Positions 8,902-18,713 are shown, numbered from the stretch's first letter. The stretch: DNA of 64,000 nucleotides from an uncultured Gemmatimonadales bacterium (GCA_963809895.1 CAWELD010000010.1:1056001-1120000); one strand, 5' to 3'. The notes: generated from the sequence alone by a model not told the origin. Program-made: numbers and translations.

Positions 8902-9629
8902 AGGTTGTACCCTGCGATGACGAAGTAGTATTCGGCCATTCCGAGCATGATCAGCGCCCCGATCCGCTTGGCCCACAGCATCCACGCGCCGGAGCGGGGC
9001 AGCAGTGTGACGGCTCCCGCGAAGATTCCCACCACCGCCAGGAGCGCCGTCATGCCCAGCGAGAAGGCGAACAGATAGACGAACCCCATCAAGCCGGCCT
9101 GGGTGGTCGCCACCCAGGTGAGGACCACCGCGAACGCCGGTGCGCCACAGGGGGCTGCTACGATCCCCGAGCTCGCGCCCAGCAGGAACACGGCGCCGTA
9201 GGACCCGCCGCCCTGGCGGCCGGCCCACGCGAGCAGCCGCCGGGGCACGGGCATGGGAATGACGTCGAGCATGATCAGCGCGAACAGCACCAGGACGTTG
9301 CCGATGGCGAACCTCACCCACGGGTTGGCGCTCACCGTGCCGAAGAGGGTGCCCGTGAGCCCGGCGAGGAGGCCCAGGAAGGCGTAGAGCAGTGCCATGC
9401 CCAGCACGTACGTCAGGGTCAGCGCCACCGTGCGCGCCCTGGTCTGCCGTTCCTGCGCCGTGCAGGTGATCACCGACGCGGTGATGGGAATCATGGGGTA
9501 GACGCAGGGCGTGAGGCTCGTCAGCACCCCGGCTCCGAAGAGCGTGGCGATGGCCACGAGGGGGCTCGCCGAGAGCGTCTGTGAGAGTCCGCCGGCGGAC
9601 TCGGCCTGGATCAGCGCGAAGAGGGTCAT
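8898..9629 (-). CDS. ccdA: CcdA/DsbD-type transmembrane electron transporter
   Basis: GVLTSLTPCVYPMIP and AAPCGAP Cys motifs; multiple TM segments; PRSGAWM. Confidence 0.85.
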   Translation of the reverse strand: MTLFALIQAESAGGLSQTLSASPLVAIATLFGAGVLTSLTPCVYPMIPITASVITCTAQERQTRARTVALTLTYVLGMALLYAFLGLLAGLTGTLFGTVSANPWVRFAIGNVLVLFALIMLDVIPMPVPRRLLAWAGRQGGGSYGAVFLLGASSGIVAAPCGAPAFAVVLTWVATTQAGLMGFVYLFAFSLGMTALLAVVGIFAGAVTLLPRSGAWMLWAKRIGALIMLGMAEYYFVIAGYNL

Positions 9630-9760
9630 GTCGGGCCCCTCCAACCCCCGCGGACCGCGGGAGGTTCCTGTTGGCGGTCACGGCATCCTTGATGCGTCGA
9701 GGGCCGAGCGCCCATGTTGCGCCACCAGCACGGAGGCTCCCCCCGGAACGAGAGGTTCCC

Positions 9761-10192
9761 ATGAAGAAGGCGACGGCACTGATCCTGGTCCCCCTCGGCA
9801 TTGGCGCCACATTGGCGTGGTCTTCGCCGCCCGGTGCACGGGCGCTCGCCGACATCCCGGTGAGCGTCGCGGTTCAATGTCAGGAGGGGCAGCCGGTGGT
9901 GACGGTGAATCCGGACCAGGTCACGGTGAACCGGGGAGACCAGGTGGTGTGGACCGCCACCGGCGCCGACTCGATCCAGATCGTGCCGGCCGGTGAGCAG
10001 TGGCCGTTCCCGGAGCTTCCTCCCAAGGCTCGGGGACGCGGGCCGGGGCAGGGCATCACCCGGTCCGGACAGCTCCCGCCCGGTCTGACTCGCGGGAATC
10101 GCTATCCGTACTCCGTGCGAGCATTTGCGTGTGGGCAGCAAGCGGACCTCGACCCCGAGATCATCATCGGCGAGGATCAGGATCTCACGTAG
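9761..10192 (+). CDS. Secreted hypothetical beta-sandwich protein (C-terminal LDPEIII)
   Basis: GAGG RBS, signal peptide, GDQVVW, YPYSV...LDPEIII pattern. Confidence 0.7.
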   Translation: MKKATALILVPLGIGATLAWSSPPGARALADIPVSVAVQCQEGQPVVTVNPDQVTVNRGDQVVWTATGADSIQIVPAGEQWPFPELPPKARGRGPGQGITRSGQLPPGLTRGNRYPYSVRAFACGQQADLDPEIIIGEDQDLT

Positions 10193-10234
10193 TCGGGGGC
10201 TACGCTTCGATCATCCCCGGGGGGGCCGCTGGCG

Positions 10235-12496
10235 TCAGCCGCCGGCGGCCCCTTCCATCGCCTGGGCTTCGTCGTCCCGCCCCAGGGTGCGCAGAAGCCT
10301 CGCGAGGTCACGCCTGGTCTCCGCGATCTGCACGCTGTCCCCGTTGCTCTGCCGGATGGTGAGTGCCCGGCGATAGAGGGATTCCGCGTCCTGTGGACGT
10401 CCGGCGTCGCGATAGACGTTGGCCAGCCCGTTGAGGGTGATGGCCACCGAAGGATTGTCCGCGCCGTACGCGCGCTGCTTGATGTCCAGGGCCTTTTCGA
10501 ACGCGGCTTCGGCCTCCTCGTAGCGCCCTTCGGCCCAGTAGGTCTCACCCAGGTTGTTCTCGATGGCCGCGATGCGCGGGTGGTCCGGCTCCAGCGTCGC
10601 GGTCCAGATGTCCCGTGCCTTCTCGTAGGCCTGCTCGGCCTCGGGGAACTTGCCCTGATACCAGTAGAGCGCACCGAGGTTGTTGTACGCCTGGGCCAGA
10701 TCCGGATGGTCCGGCCCCAGCAATCGCTGGCGGATGGCCATGGCCCGCTCGAGGGGTCCTTCCGCGTCGGCGAAGCGCTGCTGGCGCAGGTAGAGGCCGC
10801 CCAGGTTGTTGAGGGTCAGGGCCAGCGTGGCTTCATCCGTCTCGGGCGAGGCCTCCTGGCGGGCGAGTACGTCCTTGAGCAGCGGCTCGGCCTGGTCGAA
10901 CCGTCCCGTCTCGACGTAGAGATCGGCGAGACTGCGCAGGTAGCGCAGGACCGTGGCTTCATCGGGCTCCTCGGTGTCGCGCGCCAGACCCAATGCCCGC
11001 TCGAGCACCGGCTCGGCCTCGTCGTAGGCGCCCTGCTGGCGCAGGAGAATTCCCAGGCGCTGCAGCGTCTCGGCGAGCTCGGCGGGAGCGGCTCCGCTGG
11101 ACTCGGCCAGCGCCGCGGCCCGCCGCAGCAGAGGCCGCGCGGCGTCGTACAGGCCCAGCTCCCGGTACACGTCACCCATGGTCCGCATGAGGCGCGCCTG
11201 AACGCGTGGTTGGTCCGCGAGCTCGGCATCGATGCGCTCCGCTCCGCGGTCCAGGATCTCCCGGGCCGTGATGGTGTTGCCGCGGGCCTCGCCGGGGTCG
11301 CTGACCTGGAAGAGATCGACCAGGAAGTCCGCCACGCGGCGGGCCGTCTCGGCCTCTTCTTCTGCGGTGACCTGGGCGTGGCGGGCCTGAAGCATGCCCA
11401 TGGTGGCGGCCCCGGCGCCGCCGAGGACCGCCACCAGCGCAATGCAACCCGCGATCACCGCGGCCCGATTGCGCTCCACGAAGCGGTTGAGGCGGTACGC
11501 GGCGCTGGGGGGGCGAGCCATGATCGGCTCCCGCCTCAGGTATCTCTCGAGATCCGCTGCCATGGCGTTGGCGGTCTCGTACCGGCGTGTACGATCCTTG
11601 TCCATGGCCTTGAGGATGATCCAGTCCAGGTCGCCCTTCAGCTCCCGGCGCAGGAACGAAGGCGTGGTGCGCCGCCGCCGAGCGATGGCGTCCTGGGTGT
11701 CACCCAGACTCGTCAGACGGGTGCTGGGCCGCGGAACGTCCCGCTCGCGGAGCGTCACCTGGATGGCCTGGTCGTGCTTCGACGTGAGATCGAAGGGAAG
11801 GCTCCCCACCAGCAGTTCGAAGAGAACCACGCCCAGCGAGTAGATGTCGGTGCGGGTATCCACATCGAGCCCCGACATCTCGGCCTGTTCGGGGCTCATG
11901 TACTCCGGCGTTCCCACCATCTGGCCCACGCGTGTGACCAGGGTGCGATCCGTGAGGTCGCGCCCTATGGCCTTGGCGATACCGAAATCGATGACCTTCA
12001 CCAAGGGTCGTGACTCCCGCACCGTGACCAGGATGTTGGAGGGCTTCAGGTCCCGGTGGATCACGCCCTTGTGATGCGCGTGCTGGATGGCGTGGCACAC
12101 GTCCTGGAACAGCCGGATGCGCTCCTCGGTGCTCAGCTTGTGCGTGTCCGCGTACTCCGTGATCGGCGTCCCCTGGACCAGCTCCATGACGAAGTAGGGA
12201 CGCCCGATCTCGGTGGCTCCCGCGTCGTAGACCTTGGCGATGTTGGGATGGTCCATGACCGCCAACGCCTGGCGCTCCGAGTCGAAGCGGGCCACGACGT
12301 GCTTCGTGTCCATCCCGATCTTGATGATCTTGAGCGCCACGCGGCGATGGACCGGGGCCGCCTGCTCGGCCAGGTAGACGATGCCCATGCCACCTTCGCC
12401 GAGCACGTCGAGGATCTTGTACGGCCCGATCCGCGACGGTGGGCCCAGGGGGTCGCCCGGACCCGGGACCTTGGCGAAGGGATCGTCCTTGCTCAT
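10235..12496 (-). CDS. Hanks-type Ser/Thr protein kinase with TM helix and C-terminal TPR repeats
   Basis: LGEGGMGIVY, VALKII, HRDLKPSN, DFG, GTPEYMSPE; NNLG..Y TPRs. Confidence 0.93.
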   Translation of the reverse strand: MSKDDPFAKVPGPGDPLGPPSRIGPYKILDVLGEGGMGIVYLAEQAAPVHRRVALKIIKIGMDTKHVVARFDSERQALAVMDHPNIAKVYDAGATEIGRPYFVMELVQGTPITEYADTHKLSTEERIRLFQDVCHAIQHAHHKGVIHRDLKPSNILVTVRESRPLVKVIDFGIAKAIGRDLTDRTLVTRVGQMVGTPEYMSPEQAEMSGLDVDTRTDIYSLGVVLFELLVGSLPFDLTSKHDQAIQVTLRERDVPRPSTRLTSLGDTQDAIARRRRTTPSFLRRELKGDLDWIILKAMDKDRTRRYETANAMAADLERYLRREPIMARPPSAAYRLNRFVERNRAAVIAGCIALVAVLGGAGAATMGMLQARHAQVTAEEEAETARRVADFLVDLFQVSDPGEARGNTITAREILDRGAERIDAELADQPRVQARLMRTMGDVYRELGLYDAARPLLRRAAALAESSGAAPAELAETLQRLGILLRQQGAYDEAEPVLERALGLARDTEEPDEATVLRYLRSLADLYVETGRFDQAEPLLKDVLARQEASPETDEATLALTLNNLGGLYLRQQRFADAEGPLERAMAIRQRLLGPDHPDLAQAYNNLGALYWYQGKFPEAEQAYEKARDIWTATLEPDHPRIAAIENNLGETYWAEGRYEEAEAAFEKALDIKQRAYGADNPSVAITLNGLANVYRDAGRPQDAESLYRRALTIRQSNGDSVQIAETRRDLARLLRTLGRDDEAQAMEGAAGG

Positions 12497-12582
12497 GGGC
12501 CGTGTGCTCGGTGGGGGGCGGACCAGTGATGGGATGCCGCAAGATTCCCCGGCAGGGGCGGCAAAGTCAACGCGCGGTCTCT

Positions 12583-12887
12583 AGCAGGTCGCTGAAGAAG
12601 GGGAGTACCCCGCGCGCAAGGCGCTTTCGCGCGTTCAGGCAAGGAAAGACGACGAGTCGTAGCAGCGCTACGGCGAGGAGGAGAGACGATGGATCAACCG
12701 CGGAACCGCCATGCGCCCATCCATATGCGGCCTATGAACTTGGACGGCAGTGGGTTGGGGCGGCACGGCCCCTCCTCCGTCGTTGAAGCGCCTCGACGTA
12801 GCTTTGGCTATGCCTTCGTCACTTCGCCTAGGATGAGGGGCCGTGGCGCTCCCAACGCGGGGTGCTCCCCTTCTTCAGCGACCTGCT
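12583..12887. repeat. Self-complementary MITE/REPIN-like element, copy 1
   Basis: 32-bp terminal inverted repeat AGCAGGTCGCTGAAGAAGGGGAG(T/C)ACCCCGCG with 1 mismatch; CTAG at 12581; shares internal block with 27253-27531. Confidence 0.8.
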
Positions 12888-13621
12888 CGGTGCGGCGGAG
12901 CCTCGGGAGGGCCCCAACGGATGCGGTATCCCACCTTCCGGACCGTCAGGATGTGAACCGGGTGCGCGGGATCTCCCTCGAGCTTGGCCCGGAGATTCGC
13001 GACGTGCGTGTCGATGGTGCGTGTCGGCACCGGGCGCTTGTATCCCCAGACCTCCCGGAGCAGCAGCTTGCGCGGCACCGCGGCACCCCGCGCGGCGAGG
13101 AGACGCACGAGCAGGTCGAACTCGCGGGGCGTGAGGTCCACGGGTCGGTCCATCCGCTCGACGGTGCGCGAGCCCAGGTGCACGGCCACCCGACCGAAGA
13201 CCACCGGGTCGGGAAGGGTGCTTTCCACCGATGCCGGCTCGGGGGGGCGCACCCTGCGCAGGATCGCCTCCACGCGGGCGATGAGCTCCATGACGCCCAC
13301 GGGCTTCACCACGTAGTCGTCGGCCCCCAAGCGGAAACCGCGGAGCTTGTCGAGCTGCTCCCCTCGCGCCGACAGGATGAGAACCGGGAGGTCGGACCCG
13401 CCGGCACGAAGATCCCGCAGCAGGTCGAGGCCGCTCCCTTCCGGCAACATGAGGTCGAGCACCAGGAGATTCGGCGCGGTCGTGGCCAGCAGCCTGCTGG
13501 CCGAGGGTCCGTCGTCGGCGACGTCGACGCCAAATCCGGCGGCCTCCAGGCTGCGTTGGATGGCGAGGGCGAGGGAGCCGTTGTCCTCGACGATGAGGAT
13601 CCGCTCTCGGAGGTCAGGCAT
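12875..13621 (-). CDS. OmpR/PhoB-family response regulator
   Basis: ILIVEDN, LDLMLP, GADDYVVKP, LTPREFDLL, RTIDTHVANLRAKLE. Confidence 0.92.
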   Translation of the reverse strand: MPDLRERILIVEDNGSLALAIQRSLEAAGFGVDVADDGPSASRLLATTAPNLLVLDLMLPEGSGLDLLRDLRAGGSDLPVLILSARGEQLDKLRGFRLGADDYVVKPVGVMELIARVEAILRRVRPPEPASVESTLPDPVVFGRVAVHLGSRTVERMDRPVDLTPREFDLLVRLLAARGAAVPRKLLLREVWGYKRPVPTRTIDTHVANLRAKLEGDPAHPVHILTVRKVGYRIRWGPPEAPPHRAGR

Positions 13622-15260
13622 CGGCGGGTTCCGTCCGGCTCCCGGTGGTGGCGGGCAGCTCCACCAGGAATCGCGCGCCGCCCGTGGGGGCGTCCTCGAC
13701 GCAGGCGTGCCCTCCCGCACGCTCGGCGAGGTCTGCCACGATGGCCAGTCCCACGCCACTGCCCGTCGTGTGCGTCGCTTGAGCGTGTTCCAGACGGCGG
13801 AACGGCCGCCAGATGTCCGCGCGGGACGCGATCGGCACCCCGGGGCCCTCGTCGTCCACGACGAGCCGGACGGTCGACCCGGTCGCGGTCACCCGAATGT
13901 CGATGCGCTGCGCCTGCGGGCCGTACTTGAGGGCGTTGTCCAGGAGGTTGGACACGATCTGGCGAATGGCATCGGCGGGCGCCCGCGCCCAGGCACCGGG
14001 CGACCCGTGGAGTTGGAGGTCCGCCCCGTCGGCCAGACCCGATGCCTCGAAGCTTCGGACCGTCTCGAGGGCGACCTCGAACAGGTCCGCCTGCTCGTCC
14101 GGGTCCTGGCCGCGGTCTCCGCCTGCGAAATCCAGGAGCCGCTCCACCAGGCGGATCAGCCGCTGCGCTTCTCGCTCGATGACCTGCAGCGACGCCGCCT
14201 CCTCGCGCTGGGAGCGGAGCCCCCCCATGCGGAGCAGCTGGACGAACATGAGGATCTGCTGGAGGGGCGTGCGCAGTTCGTGGGAGACGTCGGCGACGAA
14301 GCGTTCTCGTGTATGCACCAGCGCCAATGCCCTGCGTACCTGGAGGACCGTGGCCACCAGGAGTGCACCGGCCAGGAGGACCAGCGCGGCGGTGAGCGGC
14401 AACCGCGACGGGGGAATCCCTCCGACGACCAACTGGTCGGCGACGGAGGGTCGCAGGGTGACGACGAAGGAGAGTCCGGCCAGCGGCCCGCTGGCGTCTG
14501 CCGTCCGGGTTCCCTCGAACGCGCTTCGCCATTCGACGGGTGAGCGAAAGACGGTTCGGCCCCGGGGGTCGAGAACGCGCAGGGACAGAATGGAGTCCGC
14601 TGGAGGATGCCCCACGAGGCCGGGAGGGAGGAGCACGGATGCCGATTCGGCCGTGGCGAATACGCTGCCGTTGCGCGTGGTGAAGCAGTGTGCGAGGGCG
14701 TAGGCTGCCACCGGGCGGCCGGTGGAATCGCTCTGGATGCGATAGGCAACCACACCCGGGTCCGGACCGGGAGGGAAGAGGTTGCCGTAGGGCGACACCA
14801 TCGCGTTCGTACCGCGTACGAGCACGCTGAGCGTATCGGTCAGCCACGTACGCAGGTCGGTGGGGACGGGGCCCACGATCGTCAGCCCGCTGTCCCCCGG
14901 CAGGAGGCGCGCATACCACCTGCCGCCGGGGTAGTCGGCGGCGCAGCGTTCCGCCTCGGGGGGATTCGCCGCCAGAGCTTCCGCGGTCACCGGACCCGAG
15001 CCTCTGCGCTCCGCCTGATCCGCGGCGTAGAACGCGTAGAAGAGTGTCTGCTCCAGATCGGTGGTCGCCTCGGCGGCGAGGAGCGTCGCCGCGAAATCGG
15101 CATAGTCACGCACCGTCTGCTCGGCGGCGCGACGGTGCGTCCGCTCCGCGCTCCATGCTTGCCAACCCAGCGCCCCGGCGACGGCGAGACCAAGGGACAG
15201 CGGAACGAGAATGGTGCTCGTGCGTCGAGCATGGCGGGTGGAGGAACTCGACCGGGTCAT
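13614..15260 (-). CDS. Membrane sensor histidine kinase (HisKA)
   Basis: Two TM segments, VSHELRTPL, NLLDNALKY, DEGPG, GSGVGLAIV. Confidence 0.9.
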   Translation of the reverse strand: MTRSSSSTRHARRTSTILVPLSLGLAVAGALGWQAWSAERTHRRAAEQTVRDYADFAATLLAAEATTDLEQTLFYAFYAADQAERRGSGPVTAEALAANPPEAERCAADYPGGRWYARLLPGDSGLTIVGPVPTDLRTWLTDTLSVLVRGTNAMVSPYGNLFPPGPDPGVVAYRIQSDSTGRPVAAYALAHCFTTRNGSVFATAESASVLLPPGLVGHPPADSILSLRVLDPRGRTVFRSPVEWRSAFEGTRTADASGPLAGLSFVVTLRPSVADQLVVGGIPPSRLPLTAALVLLAGALLVATVLQVRRALALVHTRERFVADVSHELRTPLQQILMFVQLLRMGGLRSQREEAASLQVIEREAQRLIRLVERLLDFAGGDRGQDPDEQADLFEVALETVRSFEASGLADGADLQLHGSPGAWARAPADAIRQIVSNLLDNALKYGPQAQRIDIRVTATGSTVRLVVDDEGPGVPIASRADIWRPFRRLEHAQATHTTGSGVGLAIVADLAERAGGHACVEDAPTGGARFLVELPATTGSRTEPADA

Positions 15261-15438
15261 GCCCTCAGCATCCGCCCGTTGCCGGCCCCGACGCAAGCGG
15301 ATGCCAGGGCTCGCAGCGTCGTGCCTCGGGATCTTTGCGAATCCTTGACGTGGGATTCACGGATCATCGACTCGGGGAGGGACCGGGAGCGCGTAGGTTT
15401 CGGACGACCTTTCCACTCACCTCCGGGAGTCGTCGGCC

Positions 15439-16185
15439 ATGCGCGCTCCGCGTTTCCTTCTCGTTCTGCTGACGGGTCTGGGTTTGGGCATCCCGTGCGC
15501 TCTCACTGCACAGATCCCGTCGGAGTTCAAGAATCTGAAGGTCCTGCCCCGGGACATTTCCCGCGACAGTCTCGTCCTTCTCATGCGGTCCTTCTCCTTC
15601 GCCACGGGTCTCCGCTGCGAGGGGTGCCACGTCATGGGCGAAGGCGGCTCGTTCCAGGGAGCCCAGTTCGATCTCGACGACAAGGAGAACAAACGCAAGG
15701 CCCGGTTCATGCTGCGCATGGTGAACCGGCTCAATGCCGAGATCCTGCCCCAGCTTCCCGATCGGGATGACCCGCCCCTGGGGGTGGAGTGCAAGACGTG
15801 TCACCGGGGGCTCCAGAAGCCCTTCCTGCTGAGGACCGAGCTGCACCGGGTGGTGAACGAACAGGGCGTCGAGGCGGCGGTGGCGCGCTACCGGGAGTTG
15901 AGGGAAACGCGCATGGGCAAGGGCATCTACGATTTCGGCGAGTGGGAGACGAACGAACTGGGCCGCGAGCTGGAAAAGGACGGGAATATCCCGGCCGCCA
16001 TCGCCATCATGGAGCTGAACGAGGAGTTCCACCCGCAGTCCAGCTCGATTCCCTTGACGCTCGGGCGCCTGTACGAGGCCACGGGGCGCCGCCAGGATGC
16101 CATCGCGGCCTACCGCCGGGTCCTCGAGCGGGATCCGAGCATCACCCGGGCGCAGGAGCGCCTCACGGCACTGGGAGGTGGGTGA
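15439..16185 (+). CDS. Exported diheme c-type cytochrome with C-terminal TPR
   Basis: Signal peptide; FKNLKVLP; CEGCH and CKTCH; KARFMLRMV; TPR-like tail. Confidence 0.82.
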   Translation: MRAPRFLLVLLTGLGLGIPCALTAQIPSEFKNLKVLPRDISRDSLVLLMRSFSFATGLRCEGCHVMGEGGSFQGAQFDLDDKENKRKARFMLRMVNRLNAEILPQLPDRDDPPLGVECKTCHRGLQKPFLLRTELHRVVNEQGVEAAVARYRELRETRMGKGIYDFGEWETNELGRELEKDGNIPAAIAIMELNEEFHPQSSSIPLTLGRLYEATGRRQDAIAAYRRVLERDPSITRAQERLTALGGG

Positions 16186-16207
16186 CGCTCACAGGTCTCA
16201 GGGCCCC

Positions 16208-17536
16208 TCAGGTGGGCGCGCCCACCACGCCCAGAAGATCCGTCAGGACCCACCACGCACCGACCGCCAGCATGGCCCCGGGGATCACGAATCGGATCCA
16301 CATGCGCAGGAAGTGCGAGAGCCGGCCCGGAGGGTCGCCGCCCAACTGCCCCAGCGCCGTGCCGCGGTCCAACGCCCATCCGAAGGTGACGGCGGCGGTG
16401 AGGGCTCCCAACGTCTGCATGCCGGCGCCGAAGGTCAGGTCCCAAGGCACGAAGACCCGCATGTTGAGCATGGGAGGCACCGCCAGGACGAACACGGCCC
16501 CGGTCATGATCCAGGTGGCCCGGCGACGGGAGAGCTGGAGGTTGTCCACCAGCCCGGCTACCAGCACTTCCAGCGCGGCGATGGCGGACAGGAAGGCCGC
16601 TCCGCCCAGGGCCACGAAGAAGACCAGACCGAACATCCACCCCAGGGGCACGCGGTCGAACACGGAGGGGAGTGTGGCGAAGATCAGGCCCGGTCCGCTT
16701 CCAGGCTCCATGCCCAGCGCGAAGACCGCGGGAAAGATGGCGAAGCCCGCCAGGAGCCCGGCGATGGTGTCGCCGGCCACCGTGCCCAGGGCGGCGGGAC
16801 CCAGCCGCTCGCCGGCGTCGAGATACGAGCCGTAGACCACCATGAAGGTGCCGCCCAGCGCGAGCGAAAAGACCATCTGCCCGAGACCCGCCAGTGCGAC
16901 GCCGGCGGTGAGCTGGCCGGGATCGAAGGCCAGGAGCCAGCGCACGCCGGCTCCGGCGCCGGGAAGCGTGACGGCTCGCAGCACCAGTACCAGGAGCCCG
17001 GCGAAGAGCAGCGGCGTCAGGATCCGGCTGGCCCGCTCGATGCCACGGCGCAGCCCACGGACGAGTACGAGGGCGCACGCCGACAGCACGACGGCGGACC
17101 CGGCCACCTGGAGCAGGAAGGAGCGGGCGTCCAGCCCGCCGTCGGGTGGGAGGATCCAGTCGCCGCGCAGGGGGTGGCCCAACGGGGCGGTCAGCTCCAC
17201 CAGGCCGTACCAGGTCACCCAGCCGATGACGTTGACGTAGTACGCGGTGGCGGCCGTCACCACACAGAAGAAGAACCAGCCGACCCAGCGCCCCGCGGGC
17301 AGCCCGGCCCGCTGGAAAGCTCCCACGGTGCCGCGTCGCGTGGCGCGCCCCAGCGACCACTCGCCCATGAGGGCGGGCACGCCCACCAGCACCGCGGCGC
17401 CGGCGTAGGCCACCACGAAGGCCGCCCCGCCGAAGCGGCCCACCATGTAGGGAAAGCGCCACACGTTCCCCAGCCCCACCGCCACCCCGATCATGCTCAG
17501 CAGCACGCCTACGCGGCTGGCGAAGGTCTCCCTCAC
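16208..17536 (-). CDS. Sodium-dependent transporter, NSS/SNF family
   Basis: GTG start overlapping upstream TGA; GVAVGLGNVWRFPY, QMVFSLALG, GPGLIFATLP. Confidence 0.88.
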   Translation of the reverse strand: MRETFASRVGVLLSMIGVAVGLGNVWRFPYMVGRFGGAAFVVAYAGAAVLVGVPALMGEWSLGRATRRGTVGAFQRAGLPAGRWVGWFFFCVVTAATAYYVNVIGWVTWYGLVELTAPLGHPLRGDWILPPDGGLDARSFLLQVAGSAVVLSACALVLVRGLRRGIERASRILTPLLFAGLLVLVLRAVTLPGAGAGVRWLLAFDPGQLTAGVALAGLGQMVFSLALGGTFMVVYGSYLDAGERLGPAALGTVAGDTIAGLLAGFAIFPAVFALGMEPGSGPGLIFATLPSVFDRVPLGWMFGLVFFVALGGAAFLSAIAALEVLVAGLVDNLQLSRRRATWIMTGAVFVLAVPPMLNMRVFVPWDLTFGAGMQTLGALTAAVTFGWALDRGTALGQLGGDPPGRLSHFLRMWIRFVIPGAMLAVGAWWVLTDLLGVVGAPT

Positions 17537-18691
17537 GCGAGCACTCGCGTGAGTGCATCCAGGGCGCGACCGATGTCGTCCAACGAGTTGTAGTAGTGGG
17601 GTGCGAGACGGATGGCGGGCCCGCGCGCCGAGGCGAGGATGCCCCTGGCCCGGAGCGCTTCTTCCACGGCGTGACTGTCCGGCACCCGGAAGGCGACGGT
17701 GGGCGCGCGGGCGTCGGGATCCGCGGGACCCATGAGCTCGAGGCCGCGCTCCAGGCCTTCGGTGACAAGGCGGCGGGCCAGGACACGATTCCAGGCGCCG
17801 ATGGCCTCGAGGCCCAGCTTCCAGGAGTCCCTCGATCCCCGCCCGCGCCACGTAGGCCGGCAGGACGGGCGGCGTGCCGGAGTCCAGACGCCGCGCGGCC
17901 GGTGCCCAGTCCAGCGTATGGGCGTCGAAGGCGAAGGGGTCGGCCCGTCCGAACCAGCCGGTGACCGCCGGCTCGAGCTGCTCCGCCAACCCGCGTCGCA
18001 CGTAGAGGAAGGCGATGCCCGGCGTGCCCATGAGGAACTTGAGGCACCCGGAGGCCAGCATGTCGAGCTCCAGCGCCTTCACGTCGAGGGGTGCGGTGCC
18101 CAGCGACTGATAGGCATCCACGAACAGCAGCGCGCCCGCGTCACGTGCGGCCCGAGCGGCACGGGGCAGGTCCAGGAGCGCCCCGGTCTGGTAATACCCG
18201 TGGGCCGCGCTCAGGAGCAGCACGTCATCGTCCAGCGCCGCCTCCACGGCTCCGGGCGAGACCCGGCCGTTTCGCACGGGAATCCAGCGCAGGGGAGTGC
18301 CCCGCGCTTCTCGCGCCTTCCAGACGTGGGCCACCGTCGGGAACTCAGCTTCGGTGAGCGCCACCGTTCGGCGGCCGCGCGCCCGTGCCAGCGGAGCCAG
18401 GGCCGAGGCCACCGCCGCCGTGGCGTGGGACACCGAGCTGAAGACCGCCACCTCGTCGGGATCGGCTCCGATGAGGCGGGCGAAGGCGGCCCTGGCCCGT
18501 TCCACCTCGTCCATCCAGCCGTCCCAGTCCATGCCGGCGCTGCTCCACGAGTTCAGATAGCGCTCGGCGGCGGCTCGGGCGGCCGTGGTGAGCGGCGCCT
18601 GGGAGCAGGCGTTCAGAGGCACGCCGCGGCGCAGGAACGGGATCTGGCTTCGCAGCTTCTCCAGGTCGTAGCCAGGCTCGGGAGCGGTCAT
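17533..18691 (-). CDS. Class V PLP aminotransferase (selenocysteine lyase/kynureninase-like); +1 frameshift near 17815
   Basis: VDAYQSLG, SGCLKFLMGTPG; C-terminus (IRLAPHYYN) lies in another frame; one base removal restores it. Confidence 0.8.
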
Positions 18692-18713
18692 GCGCGGATC
18701 GCCGGCAGGGGGC

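Noticed and set aside
15293..15307. TGGCATCCGCTTGC on the minus strand as a sigma54 promoter
   Set aside because: GG-to-GC spacing is 9, not the required 10
15439..16185. Phototrophy inferred from the reaction-centre-like cytochrome c motif
   Set aside because: Only two hemes, TPR fusion, and no puf or bch genes nearby
16208..18691. 827-aa aminotransferase-transporter fusion in the ORF track
   Set aside because: Caused by a +1 indel near 17815; the real aminotransferase C-terminus is in another frame and ends at 17533, overlapping the transporter GTG
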